Positions 9,948 to 19,280 of a DNA stretch of 64,000 nucleotides are shown one piece after another. The stretch is from contig JBJOPW010000003.1 in NCBI GenBank assembly GCA_046050355.1, positions 21,760 to 85,759 of the forward strand, read 5' to 3'. Positions within the stretch are counted from its first letter, which is position 1. Each line of letters begins with the position of its first letter. Source of the stretch: Candidatus Parcubacteria bacterium (lineage in GTDB: Bacteria; Patescibacteriota; Minisyncoccia; Phycocordibacterales; UBA918). Under the pieces are notes generated by a model. The model worked only from the letters and a program-made list of their open reading frames with translations, did not search any database and was not told the origin of the DNA. A program made the translations under genes and the position numbers.

Positions 9948-10799
9948 ATGTATAATTTCCATATTATGGAGAGACTCAGATCGACCGAATCTACCGATTT
10001 GGAAATGTTTAGTCAGCCAGTATTTAACCAGTTGACTATGAAAGCAACACAGGTCAATCGCTCTGCCTCGTTGGATATGGAGCCATTTATTGATCTGTAT
10101 GGTTTAGCTAAAGTAAAAGAAGATTATAGTAAAATCGCGGGGAAAATACTTAGCTATGATAAACCCATTTCAAAGGCTGAGGCGATGGGTCCAATTTTTG
10201 AAGCGGCATTTTTGGATATAGGACAGAGAGGTCAGTGGTTTGGGGAAAATAGTGAACTAGTCCGAGCCTCTAAGTTTGACGACATTGAAAATGGCATTGA
10301 TACCATAGCGACGATGGTGGCACCAGACACTAGCGCTAGACATTTGGCAATTGCGTCAGATCTAACATTTAGTTACCCCAAAGTGAGTGCGAAGTTCAAT
10401 CGAATAGTCACTGACGCATTTCGAGGTAAATTAGCGGAAATAAAATATTTTCATTCAGAATTACTCCATTTTACCGGGAAACAGTCAAATGTCCCTCGTA
10501 CCGTCATAGGTCTCGAATCAAAAAATCTTAACCAGATGTTACTCCGTTGGCTCAAAGAACCAGAACTGACACAATTACAGTATGGTTCAATAATCATGCA
10601 ACAAATCGCTGCTCAGTGTGAAACGCTGTCCTTAGTAGCTTACTCAAAACATAAAGATGCTTTTGGTGCTTACCGTCGCGTTGCTGACACTGCTCACATC
10701 CTACTTCGGACACACTATAAAGATATTGAACCGCCTGAAGATAAGATCCTTGATGCGATTAAAGGTCAAAGTGCTCGCTTAAAATCTGAATTTTCATAA
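9948..10799 (+). CDS. Hypothetical protein (CPR-type; possibly PD-(D/E)xK-like)
   Basis: Long ORF with ASKFDDIENGID..DLT motif; start may be 9966. Confidence 0.65.
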   Translation: MYNFHIMERLRSTESTDLEMFSQPVFNQLTMKATQVNRSASLDMEPFIDLYGLAKVKEDYSKIAGKILSYDKPISKAEAMGPIFEAAFLDIGQRGQWFGENSELVRASKFDDIENGIDTIATMVAPDTSARHLAIASDLTFSYPKVSAKFNRIVTDAFRGKLAEIKYFHSELLHFTGKQSNVPRTVIGLESKNLNQMLLRWLKEPELTQLQYGSIIMQQIAAQCETLSLVAYSKHKDAFGAYRRVADTAHILLRTHYKDIEPPEDKILDAIKGQSARLKSEFS

Positions 10800-10849
10800 G
10801 ACTTGTTGTCATTGCATATCGAGTATATTTCAGTATACTAATCCCACCC

Positions 10850-10921
10850 GACCGATTAGCTCAGTGGTAGAGCGCTTCGTTGACATCGAAGAGGCCACAA
10901 GTTCAATCCTTGTATCGGTCA
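10850..10921 (+). tRNA. tRNA-Val(GAC)
   Basis: GACCGAT/ATCGGTC acceptor stem; CTTCG-TTGACAT-CGAAG. Confidence 0.95.
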
Positions 10922-10925
10922 CAGT

Positions 10926-11789
10926 ATGGATGCCATTTTAAAAGACACCGTTATCATCTACCACGGCGACTGTCCCGATGGCTTTGGGGCCGCCTACGCC
11001 GCCTGGAAGAAGTTTGGTGATACCGCCACCTACCTCCCGTGGAAAGATCATGGGGTCCTTCCAAGCGGACTCGTAGATAAAAGTATCTTTATTGTCGACT
11101 TCTCTTTTCATACCCCTCTGCTGAAGCAACTGAACGACACGAACACAAGTGTCGTCGTCATCGACCATCACGTCTCGGCTGAAGCTGATGTGCGCATATA
11201 CCCGCAGAACATCTTTGATAACAATCACTCTGGTTGTGTACTGGCCTGGCAGTACTTCCACCCTGGGGTACCAGTACCTAATGTACTGCTATATGTTGAG
11301 GATCACGACCTGTGGCGTTTTGCACTCATCGAACATCGTGAGTTTAATGTCGCGTTGCACGAAGAAGTATCGTTTGATTTTGTAGCATGGGACAATCTCA
11401 TCGAGCGATTGAAAGACGAAAACAATCTCATCAACTTTATAGCCAAAGGTGCCCTCCTCGCGAAGTTTGAAGACAAAATTGTAAACAAGATATTTTCTTA
11501 CCGAGAGAAAGTCATCTTTGAAGGTATCGAATGTTATGCGATTAACGCCAGTCGGTATTATCGGAGTATCCTTGGCAACATGCTCGCCGAATTAAACGAG
11601 AATGAGGGTCGTCTACCACTTGGAATCGTATACTATCGCAGTCATGGTCGAGTGAACATATCACTTAGAAGTAAAGGTAGGGTAGATGTCGCTAGCATAG
11701 CGGCCAAGTTTGGTGGCGGCGGACACAAGCATGCTGCTGGGATTGAGGTCAAAAACTTCCGCGACTTACCGTTTGCATTTGTAGAATAA
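10926..11789 (+). CDS. DHH/DHHA1 phosphoesterase (NrnB-like)
   Basis: HxDCPDG, VDF, IDHH, SLRS and GGGGHKHAAG motifs. Confidence 0.9.
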   Translation: MDAILKDTVIIYHGDCPDGFGAAYAAWKKFGDTATYLPWKDHGVLPSGLVDKSIFIVDFSFHTPLLKQLNDTNTSVVVIDHHVSAEADVRIYPQNIFDNNHSGCVLAWQYFHPGVPVPNVLLYVEDHDLWRFALIEHREFNVALHEEVSFDFVAWDNLIERLKDENNLINFIAKGALLAKFEDKIVNKIFSYREKVIFEGIECYAINASRYYRSILGNMLAELNENEGRLPLGIVYYRSHGRVNISLRSKGRVDVASIAAKFGGGGHKHAAGIEVKNFRDLPFAFVE

Positions 11790-11838
11790 TCTTATAACCA
11801 TTCCATTTCTTCCATTTCGTGGTATAACTGGTCACGTT

Positions 11839-13008
11839 ATGCGTATTCTCTCGATTGAAACTAGCTGCGACGAAACCGCCATCAGCATTGTTGATGTTGA
11901 GAGTGAATTCCCGACCGCTACCTACACCGTCCTTGGTAATGCACTGTTTTCACAAGTCGACCTCCACAAAGAGTATGGGGGTGTCTTCCCGATGATCGCA
12001 AAGCGTGAACACGCGAAGACCCTTGTTCCCATGCTTGAAAAAGCCCTCAAGGAAGCCGAACTCTACGAAGCGGGCGAAACCGTAGTGGAAGATATGGCCA
12101 AGCTCCGTGAGACCCTCAGTCGCGAAGACGGTCTCGCTGATGACTTTATCGCCTTCCTCGCTCACACCCATCTCCCAGAAATAGACATGATTGCGGTCAC
12201 CAGTGGTCCTGGCCTCGAGCCAGCGCTCTGGGTCGGCGTGAGTTTCGGGAAAGCGCTGGCGGCAGTGCTTGGCTGCCCCGTCATTCCGGTCAATCATATG
12301 GAAGGACATATCCTTGCCTCACTCTACGATGTCGAGGTCGATGACGCACTGGCACCAATACAGTTCCCAGCGCTCGCCCTCCTCGTCTCGGGTGGACACA
12401 CCGAACTCATCCTCATGAAGAACTGGGGCCAGTACAAAAAAATTGGTCAGACCCGTGACGATGCGGTGGGTGAAGCTTTTGATAAAGTCGCACGCCTGAT
12501 GGGGCTCCCCTACCCGGGGGGACCCGAAATTGGTCGCCGGGCCGCGATAGCGCGCACCGCGAACCTTCCCCACTACGGCGACAAGGTACTGCCCCGTCCA
12601 ATGATACACAGTGATGATTTTGATTTCTCGTATGCAGGACTCAAGACCGCGGTACGCAATCTCGTTGGCGACAAGACACTCTCAGAAGACGAAAAGAACG
12701 CTCTCTCCCGCGACTTTGAAGACGCGGCTATTGAGTCACTCTACACAAAGACGGTAAAAGCGATTGACCACTACGGTATCAATACCCTCATCATCGGCGG
12801 CGGGGTCTCAGCGAACAGCTTCCTCCGTCAGACCTTTACCGAAAAGCTCCTTGCGACCCATCCTCATATCGAGGTCTACCTCCCCCACCGCCACCTCTCA
12901 ACTGACAATAGTGTCATGATTGCGCTCGCTGGCCACGCACAACTCGCTACCGCTCGCTCTGCCGGAGCCATAGCCTATATCCGCGCCGACGGCAACCGCT
13001 CGCTTTAA
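11839..13008 (+). CDS. tsaD: tRNA N6-threonylcarbamoyltransferase TsaD
   Basis: IETSCDET, GPGL, HMEGH, SGGHT, DDAVGEAFDK, TDN. Confidence 0.97.
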   Translation: MRILSIETSCDETAISIVDVESEFPTATYTVLGNALFSQVDLHKEYGGVFPMIAKREHAKTLVPMLEKALKEAELYEAGETVVEDMAKLRETLSREDGLADDFIAFLAHTHLPEIDMIAVTSGPGLEPALWVGVSFGKALAAVLGCPVIPVNHMEGHILASLYDVEVDDALAPIQFPALALLVSGGHTELILMKNWGQYKKIGQTRDDAVGEAFDKVARLMGLPYPGGPEIGRRAAIARTANLPHYGDKVLPRPMIHSDDFDFSYAGLKTAVRNLVGDKTLSEDEKNALSRDFEDAAIESLYTKTVKAIDHYGINTLIIGGGVSANSFLRQTFTEKLLATHPHIEVYLPHRHLSTDNSVMIALAGHAQLATARSAGAIAYIRADGNRSL

Positions 13009-13012
13009 AGAT

Positions 13013-13516
13013 ATGACCAATAATATTGAGCGGCTGGGTCACAGTAAAGACAATAAGGTTTTATACCTTGATCTTGACTCCTCACATGCAATCACCCATT
13101 TTGCCAAACATAAAAACTTAAAAGCTCTCATAAGTGAGCACATCAGCAACATAGTACTTGATACACCGATAGTTCGTGTTGAAATCGACACAGGGAGTGA
13201 AGTAGGTCTCTGTGACTTGGTTACTACCAACGAAACAGACGAGATAGTGTATGCGAAGCGCCCGCTCCGACATACCTACTCTAGGTTTGCTAAAAACCGC
13301 CAGAGCGAACCAACGACCTGGTTTGTACTAGATATTCGTAAACAGCAAAGTGGCAATTATTTTCTGTACACAGCTTTTATTGGTCGTCTAACCCCTTCGT
13401 TTCCAGGTGGAGACTTTCTTCCTGAGCAGAGTCGAGACTTCTGGAGTAATCATGCTCTCGTTTGGGGTTCACAAGATGTTCTTCCAGATAGCGAAACCAC
13501 CAACTGTCCTTGGTAA
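13013..13516 (+). CDS. Hypothetical protein
   Basis: 167-aa ORF immediately after tsaD. Confidence 0.7.
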   Translation: MTNNIERLGHSKDNKVLYLDLDSSHAITHFAKHKNLKALISEHISNIVLDTPIVRVEIDTGSEVGLCDLVTTNETDEIVYAKRPLRHTYSRFAKNRQSEPTTWFVLDIRKQQSGNYFLYTAFIGRLTPSFPGGDFLPEQSRDFWSNHALVWGSQDVLPDSETTNCPW

Positions 13517-13526
13517 GGTTACGTAC

Positions 13527-13554
13527 TTGCACAACAATACGTCTGTGCTATATT
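13527..13554 (+). promoter_or_regulatory. Sigma70-type promoter
   Basis: TTGCAC-16 nt-TATATT with extended -10 TG. Confidence 0.55.
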
Positions 13555-13567
13555 CAAACTATAACCC

Positions 13568-13645
13568 ATGAAGCACACATTTGTAACCTATTTCTATTTT
13601 TGGTTTACGAAGCGGGAACACCGTGGTGCTTTTGTGATGAAATAG
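13568..13645 (+). CDS. Putative aromatic-rich leader peptide MKHTFVTYFYFWFTKREHRGAFVMK
   Basis: 25-codon ORF between a promoter and a terminator; run YFYFWF. Confidence 0.55.
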   Translation: MKHTFVTYFYFWFTKREHRGAFVMK

Positions 13646-13660
13646 AAATAGAAAGATAAT

Positions 13661-13707
13661 CACAAAACAGTGCGGGGTTCCCTACGGGAACCCCGCACTG
13701 TTTTGTG
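13661..13707 (+). terminator. Attenuator/terminator hairpin
   Basis: CACAAAACAGTGCGGGGTTCCC-TAC-GGGAACCCCGCACTGTTTTGTG. Confidence 0.7.
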
Positions 13708-13803
13708 TAGGCCGCTCCTCTTGACCTAGGGTACCCCTAGGTCAAGAGGAGCGACCGGCAACCACGCCGGAAGCGCAAAAATGTTCCAACACGGAGACGA
13801 TAC

Positions 13804-13995
13804 ATGACGTTTGTTCCAACTGGTAACCAAGGTCCATTTCCGCCCAAACCTGGGAAGAGGCTGGGACCAAGTCGCGAACGTGGCGAGCACCTCAACCGCA
13901 CCCATGACGGGGCCGATAAACTTGGTACAACCGAACCGCAACAGCCATCACCTGAGGATGACATCGTGGGGTGGCCTCGGGCAGATCAATTGTAG
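13804..13995 (+). CDS. Small hypothetical protein
   Basis: GGAG upstream; followed by a GC hairpin plus T-tract at about 14017-14045. Confidence 0.35.
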   Translation: MTFVPTGNQGPFPPKPGKRLGPSRERGEHLNRTHDGADKLGTTEPQQPSPEDDIVGWPRADQL

Positions 13996-14048
13996 GTCTA
14001 TAAGCAGTACTCATTCGCCCGCGCACCTGCGCGGGCTTTCTTTTTGGT

Positions 14049-14099
14049 CGAGGTCTTGCCTCGTCTCAGCATATGTACCACGTACGAGGCAAGACCTCG
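14049..14099. repeat. REP-like palindrome doublet
   Basis: CGAGG-TCTTG-CCTCGT and its inverse ACGAGG-CAAGA-CCTCG. Confidence 0.5.
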
Positions 14100-14214
14100 T
14101 ACTTGATATTTCCGGTTTAATTTTCAATATTCAATGTTCTCTATTCTATATTTTTGTGCTACGATGCGACTACTATGAGTGAGTTTATTCCGTTAGAAAT
14201 CAACGTTTATTATT

Positions 14215-16431
14215 ATGGAAAACAATACAAATAACATGAATGGGGCTTCTCAAAGCCCAATTTCTAACGGGACGAGTCAAGGTCAAAGTACCACCCCAGC
14301 CCTCTTTACCAGTCCCTATAATCCGGCCGACCACGAAGCCCGTATCTATGAGCTATGGGAGCAGTCAGGTTATTTCAATCCAGACAATTTGCCCGGGGAC
14401 CGGACTGAGCCTTTTGCTGTGGTGATGCCACCACCAAACGCCAATGCCTCACTCCATGCTGGCCATGCCCTGTTTGTGACCATTGAAGACATCATGATTC
14501 GCTACGAGCGTATGAGGGGTAAGAAGGCTGTGTGGTTCCCAGGCTCAGACCATGCTGGTTTTGAGACCCAAGTGGTGTACGAAAAGCATCTTGAGAAAGA
14601 GGGTCGTTCACGTTTCCAGATGACTCGCGAAGAACTGTATGGTGAAATCTACGATTTCGTACAAAAGAATAAAAGCATGATGCAGAACCAGGTACGCTCA
14701 CTTGGTGCATCCTGCGACTGGTCACGCCAGCTTTTTACCCTTGATGATCGCGTGAAGCGCATCGTCTATGAGACCTTCAAACAGCTCGAAACCGACGAAC
14801 TCCTCTATCGTGGTGCTCGTTCGAGTAACTGGTGCCCGAAGCATCAGACCTCATTCTCGAATCTTGAAGTAGAACACGAGGAACGAACCGAACCATTTTA
14901 TTACTTTCAATACGGACCATTTGTGATTGGTACGGCTCGTCCGGAGACCAAGTTCGGTGACAAGTATGTCGTCATGCACCCAGATGATGCGCGGTACGCA
15001 CAGTACACCCACGGACAACAAATCGAGATGGAGTGGATCAATGGGCCGATTACCGCCACTGTCATCAAAGACGAAGCCGGTGACCCGGAGCTCGGTACCG
15101 GTGTAATGACTATCACCCCCTGGCATTCTGGTATCGACTTTGAAATCGCGAAGCGTCACAATCTAGACTACGAACAGATCATCGACTGGCGCGGGAAGCT
15201 CCTCCCGATTGCCGGTGAGTTCGCTGGCCAGGATATTCGTGAAGCCCGTAAGTTGATTGTCGAGAAGCTCAAAGAAAAGGGACTCCTTGTCAAAATTGAT
15301 GAAGGGTACCACCACGCGGTCCCCTGCTGCTACAAGTGTGGTCGTGAGATTGAACCACAGATTAAAGAGCAGTGGTTCGTCAACATGAAGCCACTGGCTG
15401 CCAAAGCTATTGAAGCTCTTGATGCTGGTCGCTACAGCTTCGTCACAGAACGTGATGAGCGCGTGTTCCGTCATTGGCTCTCAAATATCGAAGACTGGCC
15501 AATCGCCCGCCAGATTGCCTGGGGTATTCCCATTCCTGCCAAGGTCTGTACCGTATGTCATCACGGCATGGTCGACCTCGACAATACCATCACTGCCTGC
15601 ACCAAGTGCGGTGGTACAGTCGAGCAGGAACAAGATACCTTTGATACTTGGTTCTCCTCTGGCCAGTGGCCACTGTGTGTGACCGACTTTGGTGGTGAGG
15701 GTAGCGACTTCAAAACTTTCTACCCCACCGCAGTGATGGAAACGGGCAAAGACATAGTCTTCTTTTGGGTGGCGCGGATGGTGATGCTCGGTCTCTACCG
15801 CACCGGTGAAGTACCATTTAAGAAAATCTACCTCCACGGTATGGTGCGGGACAAGCACGGCAAAAAGATGAGTAAGAGTAAAGGCAACGTGATAGCACCG
15901 AGCGAGATTCAAGAAAAGTACGGGACTGATGCACTCCGCATGGGTCTCATGATGAACAATGTGCCCGGGACCGATATGAACCTCGATCCAGACAAGGTCA
16001 ATGCGCACAAGAAGTTCGCCAACAAACTCTGGAACATCACCCGCTTTGTGCTTGATAACACCGCCGACTACACACCACAGCCACCGCATACCGCCGCTGA
16101 CCAAGCCTTCGAGGACGCAAATCTCCACCCGATGGTTGCGGAGATTAACAAAGACATGGCCGCTGACCGTTTTGACCTCGCTGCCGAAAAGATCTACCAC
16201 TTCGTTTGGGACCACTTCGCGAGTCAGGTAATCGAAGAGAGTAAGATACTTCTCGCTGGTTCACCCGCAGAACGTGCATCCCGCCAGCGCATGCTCACCC
16301 ATTACCTCGTAACGTCACTCAAACTCCTCCACCCATTTATGCCGTTTGTGACCGAGGCCATCTGGCAGGAGCTACCAGCACACATGAAAGATGCAGAGAT
16401 ACTGATGATTGCATCTTGGCCAAAGGCATAA
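14215..16431 (+). CDS. valS: Valine--tRNA ligase
   Basis: PPPNANASLHAGH, DHAG, DTWFSS, KMSKS. Confidence 0.96.
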   Translation: MENNTNNMNGASQSPISNGTSQGQSTTPALFTSPYNPADHEARIYELWEQSGYFNPDNLPGDRTEPFAVVMPPPNANASLHAGHALFVTIEDIMIRYERMRGKKAVWFPGSDHAGFETQVVYEKHLEKEGRSRFQMTREELYGEIYDFVQKNKSMMQNQVRSLGASCDWSRQLFTLDDRVKRIVYETFKQLETDELLYRGARSSNWCPKHQTSFSNLEVEHEERTEPFYYFQYGPFVIGTARPETKFGDKYVVMHPDDARYAQYTHGQQIEMEWINGPITATVIKDEAGDPELGTGVMTITPWHSGIDFEIAKRHNLDYEQIIDWRGKLLPIAGEFAGQDIREARKLIVEKLKEKGLLVKIDEGYHHAVPCCYKCGREIEPQIKEQWFVNMKPLAAKAIEALDAGRYSFVTERDERVFRHWLSNIEDWPIARQIAWGIPIPAKVCTVCHHGMVDLDNTITACTKCGGTVEQEQDTFDTWFSSGQWPLCVTDFGGEGSDFKTFYPTAVMETGKDIVFFWVARMVMLGLYRTGEVPFKKIYLHGMVRDKHGKKMSKSKGNVIAPSEIQEKYGTDALRMGLMMNNVPGTDMNLDPDKVNAHKKFANKLWNITRFVLDNTADYTPQPPHTAADQAFEDANLHPMVAEINKDMAADRFDLAAEKIYHFVWDHFASQVIEESKILLAGSPAERASRQRMLTHYLVTSLKLLHPFMPFVTEAIWQELPAHMKDAEILMIASWPKA

Positions 16432-16546
16432 CGTGGTACGATCGACTATTTTGGAAATCGCCTCAAATGAGGCGATTTCCTTTTCCCCGTATCGGGCTTT
16501 CTCGCCACTATTCGCAAGACTACGCCTGCTACAATGTTAAGACACT

Positions 16547-17245
16547 ATGGACATTACTCCAGCAGCCTTCGCTATCGCTGCCGTCTCAGGACTGGTACCG
16601 GCGCTATTTTGGCTTTGGTTCTGGCTTCGCGAAGATAAGGTAAAACCTGAACCAATCCTCCTTATCGTCATCACCTTTATTGCCGGCATGGCAGTAGTAC
16701 CACTTGCCCTTCCACTCCAGAAGCTTGCTATTGAATTATATATTGGCACCAGTCTGGTGGTAGCGTGGGTCATTATTGAAGAAACCCTCAAATATGCGCT
16801 CGCTGTCCTCATTATCCTTTGGAACCGAGCCGTTGATGAGCCGATCGATATGATTATCTACATGATCACCATCGCGCTTGGGTTTGCGGCGCTTGAAAAT
16901 ACCCTCTTTCTTCTCTCACCAGTCTCGGGTGGCGATTACATGAATTCGACCCTCACCGGTTCCTTCCGCTTTTTAGGCGCATCACTTCTCCATATCCTCG
17001 CCTCGGGGACTGTCGGAGTCTTCCTCGCTTTTGCCTTTTATAAGAGCAAACTCACACAAATCCTCTTTGGCATGCTGGGGTTATGCCTGGCTATTGTATT
17101 GCATGCTCTCTTTAACTTTTTTATAATTGATGCAAGTGGAGAAACTATCCTCGGTGTGTTTCTCTTCGTCTGGATAGGAATTATTATCCTGTTCTTCTTA
17201 TTCGAAAAAGTCAAAGCTACCGAACGGAAGCAATTAGTACCTTAG
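16547..17245 (+). CDS. PrsW-family intramembrane metalloprotease
   Basis: EETLK, GFAALEN, H..HALFN; multiple TM segments. Confidence 0.9.
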   Translation: MDITPAAFAIAAVSGLVPALFWLWFWLREDKVKPEPILLIVITFIAGMAVVPLALPLQKLAIELYIGTSLVVAWVIIEETLKYALAVLIILWNRAVDEPIDMIIYMITIALGFAALENTLFLLSPVSGGDYMNSTLTGSFRFLGASLLHILASGTVGVFLAFAFYKSKLTQILFGMLGLCLAIVLHALFNFFIIDASGETILGVFLFVWIGIIILFFLFEKVKATERKQLVP

Positions 17246-17255
17246 TTCCCTCTTT

Positions 17256-17771
17256 ATGAAAAAACCATCATTCCTCGACCGCCTCACTGGCAATGTACAA
17301 CACGAAGACTACGATCGTGTTTTAGCTGACGACCACCATTTTGGCGACGACGAGGCTGAAGCAGTGGATGAATACGGGGAAGACGAAGACACCTGGCAAG
17401 ACGGCAACACCCACGATCATACCCCCCAAGAAGGCGAACTACCGGTAGATATGTACCAAACAGCTGACGCTATTGTGATTCGTGCCTTGGTAGCAGGTGT
17501 CAGTCCAAACGATCTTGATATCGCCATCACGCGCGATATGGTCACTATTAAAGGTATGCGAGAAGAATACCAAGAATCATCAGACGACAACTACTTCCAC
17601 CGCGAGCTCTTCTGGGGTTCATTCTCGCGGACCCTTCTCCTTCCTGAAGAAGTTGTTATCGATGAAGCAGATGCCCAAGAAAAGCACGGCCTCCTTGAAA
17701 TCCGTTTGCCAAAGCTTGATAAAAATCGCAGTACACAGCTGAGGGTTAAATCACAAGTTCATAAGGCATAA
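17256..17771 (+). CDS. Hsp20/alpha-crystallin small heat-shock protein
   Basis: VDMYQT, GSFSRTLLLP, GLLEIRLPK. Confidence 0.92.
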   Translation: MKKPSFLDRLTGNVQHEDYDRVLADDHHFGDDEAEAVDEYGEDEDTWQDGNTHDHTPQEGELPVDMYQTADAIVIRALVAGVSPNDLDIAITRDMVTIKGMREEYQESSDDNYFHRELFWGSFSRTLLLPEEVVIDEADAQEKHGLLEIRLPKLDKNRSTQLRVKSQVHKA

Positions 17772-17801
17772 GAAAAGGCGGTCCCACGGGACCGCCTTTT
17801 T
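17772..17801. terminator. Bidirectional terminator
   Basis: AAAAGGCGGTCCC/GGGACCGCCTTTTT. Confidence 0.75.
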
Positions 17802-17806
17802 CATTT

Positions 17807-18112
17807 TCACCAGCCATCGCGCGCCGCAAGATACTCCTTGCAGAACGACATTTGCTGCGAAGTCGTGAGCGGAATGTAATGCTGACGGCAACCGTAGTTC
17901 ACCTCCGCATGCTCTTCATCATGATACGAAATGATGAGTTGCTTTTCCGTCACGATCGTCGTGCATGGCTGGAGACGAAACATTGTCGCCCAGTCGCGAA
18001 TGATTTGTCGCGCGACCTGAAACTCCGCCACCGGCTGGAGCAATCGCTCGAGAGTCAGACATCGAGAATCAGTACTCATCTGCAAAGAACCATCCATCTT
18101 GCTTTCCTCCAT
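17807..18112 (-). CDS. Hypothetical protein
   Basis: 101-aa ORF converging on the Hsp20 terminator. Confidence 0.5.
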   Translation of the reverse strand: MEESKMDGSLQMSTDSRCLTLERLLQPVAEFQVARQIIRDWATMFRLQPCTTIVTEKQLIISYHDEEHAEVNYGCRQHYIPLTTSQQMSFCKEYLAARDGW

Positions 18113-18220
18113 CTGTTGGGCACATACCCTGTTTGAACATTTCCGAGCCTCGTCATTTCACAACCGAAAATCCGCCTCGGACGGCGGATTTTGAATGTCA
18201 TCGGAGGAGATGCTCAAAAG

Positions 18221-18298
18221 CTACCGTCTGGTGCGGATAGTAGATACACAGGATGAGGAGAAACTACTCCAGGTGGCGATGTGGTGGGTGAGCTTCAT
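18221..18298 (-). CDS. Putative leader peptide MKLTHHIATWSSFSSSCVSTIRTRR
   Basis: 25-codon ORF after TAGACA-17-TATCAT and before terminator 18167-18192. Confidence 0.4.
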   Translation of the reverse strand: MKLTHHIATWSSFSSSCVSTIRTRR

Positions 18299-18344
18299 AG
18301 TGGTTTTATGATACTCCTTCAAATATTATTTGTCTAGATACTAC

Positions 18345-18671
18345 TCACAGCCCCAGTACTACAGCAACTGTCTGGTCAACTTTTGATTGCACTTCCGACT
18401 CTAAACGACCAAGCTGTCCTAATACAATTTTTCGATCGAGGGTCGCAATTTTGTCACAGATTATGTATGAAGCAATTTTAATCCCATTTTGTTGTGATGG
18501 CGTGATGGGTACTACAGCTACAGCTGGCGATTTATGTTTTGAGGAAATGAAGACGACAATAACATCACTACCCTTAGCCTGCTTTGATAATACTAACGCC
18601 GGTCTCACTTTCTGTCCTGAAAGGTCGGTAAACGGAAACGGAATAAGAACAATATCACCACGCTTAGGCAT
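18345..18671 (-). CDS. PemK/MazF-family toxin
   Basis: RGDIVLIPFPFTDLSGQKVRPALVLS. Confidence 0.92.
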   Translation of the reverse strand: MPKRGDIVLIPFPFTDLSGQKVRPALVLSKQAKGSDVIVVFISSKHKSPAVAVVPITPSQQNGIKIASYIICDKIATLDRKIVLGQLGRLESEVQSKVDQTVAVVLGL

Positions 18672-18915
18672 ATTTTTGTTTAATATCAGCCAGAGTATAT
18701 GTATCTGGTTCGTCGTTCAAAAAATCAAAACTGTTCGAGTAGGCATTTATATTCGTGATATCACTAATATCTGCACGATACTGGGTTGGAAATTTAATAA
18801 GCACTGCTTCAGGTTTATCATGGCGCCCAATCACAAAATTCGCACCCTCAGTGGCTACGAGGTCTACCAAATCAGCGATTTTTTTGCGTGCTGTAGTGGT
18901 TGAAATGATTTTCAT
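18664..18915 (-). CDS. Antitoxin with Phd/YefM-like N-terminus
   Basis: ISTTTARKKIADLVDLV..IGRHDKPEAVLI; overlaps the toxin start. Confidence 0.8.
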   Translation of the reverse strand: MKIISTTTARKKIADLVDLVATEGANFVIGRHDKPEAVLIKFPTQYRADISDITNINAYSNSFDFLNDEPDTYTLADIKQKYA

Positions 18916-18922
18916 ATCAATA

Positions 18923-18942
18923 TTGTACATTTTGTACAAAAT
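18923..18942. promoter_or_regulatory. TA operator (two TGTACA palindromes)
   Basis: TTGTACATTTTGTACAAAAT just upstream of the antitoxin; TGTACA is the known YefM operator core. Confidence 0.6.
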
Positions 18943-18949
18943 ACTGCAA

Positions 18950-19280
18950 GTCAAACAAACATGTTCAGTAAACACTGCCCAACTCGGATTGTTCCGGCCC
19001 TAAAGGGAACCCCGGAACAGTCTTTCGAGCCCGCCCCCAAGCTACAAATAGCAACGACCATGAAACATGCGTTTCGTACAAACGGGCTCGACCCAGAATC
19101 GCGGTTATTTATTTCACTGCGTTCATAAACAGACTCGCGTTCTTGGTCGGCTCCTCCTCGTTTTGCTCGCCCCAGCTCACAAAACATCGTCCGGAGCTTC
19201 GAGCCCGCCCCGGACGACATACTCATGTCGTCCTCCCAAGCACATATGAAAAAACTCCCAACTAGGAGTTTTTTCATATG
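18950..19280 (-). repeat. Structured non-coding element, family A copy 2, with inverted tRNA-Phe 3'-end copies
   Basis: TTCGAGCCCGCCCCCAAGC at 19024-19042 and an interrupted copy at 19198-19242, both inverse to the tRNA; shares TTTATGAACG(C/T)AGTGAAATAAA with copy 1. Confidence 0.65.
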
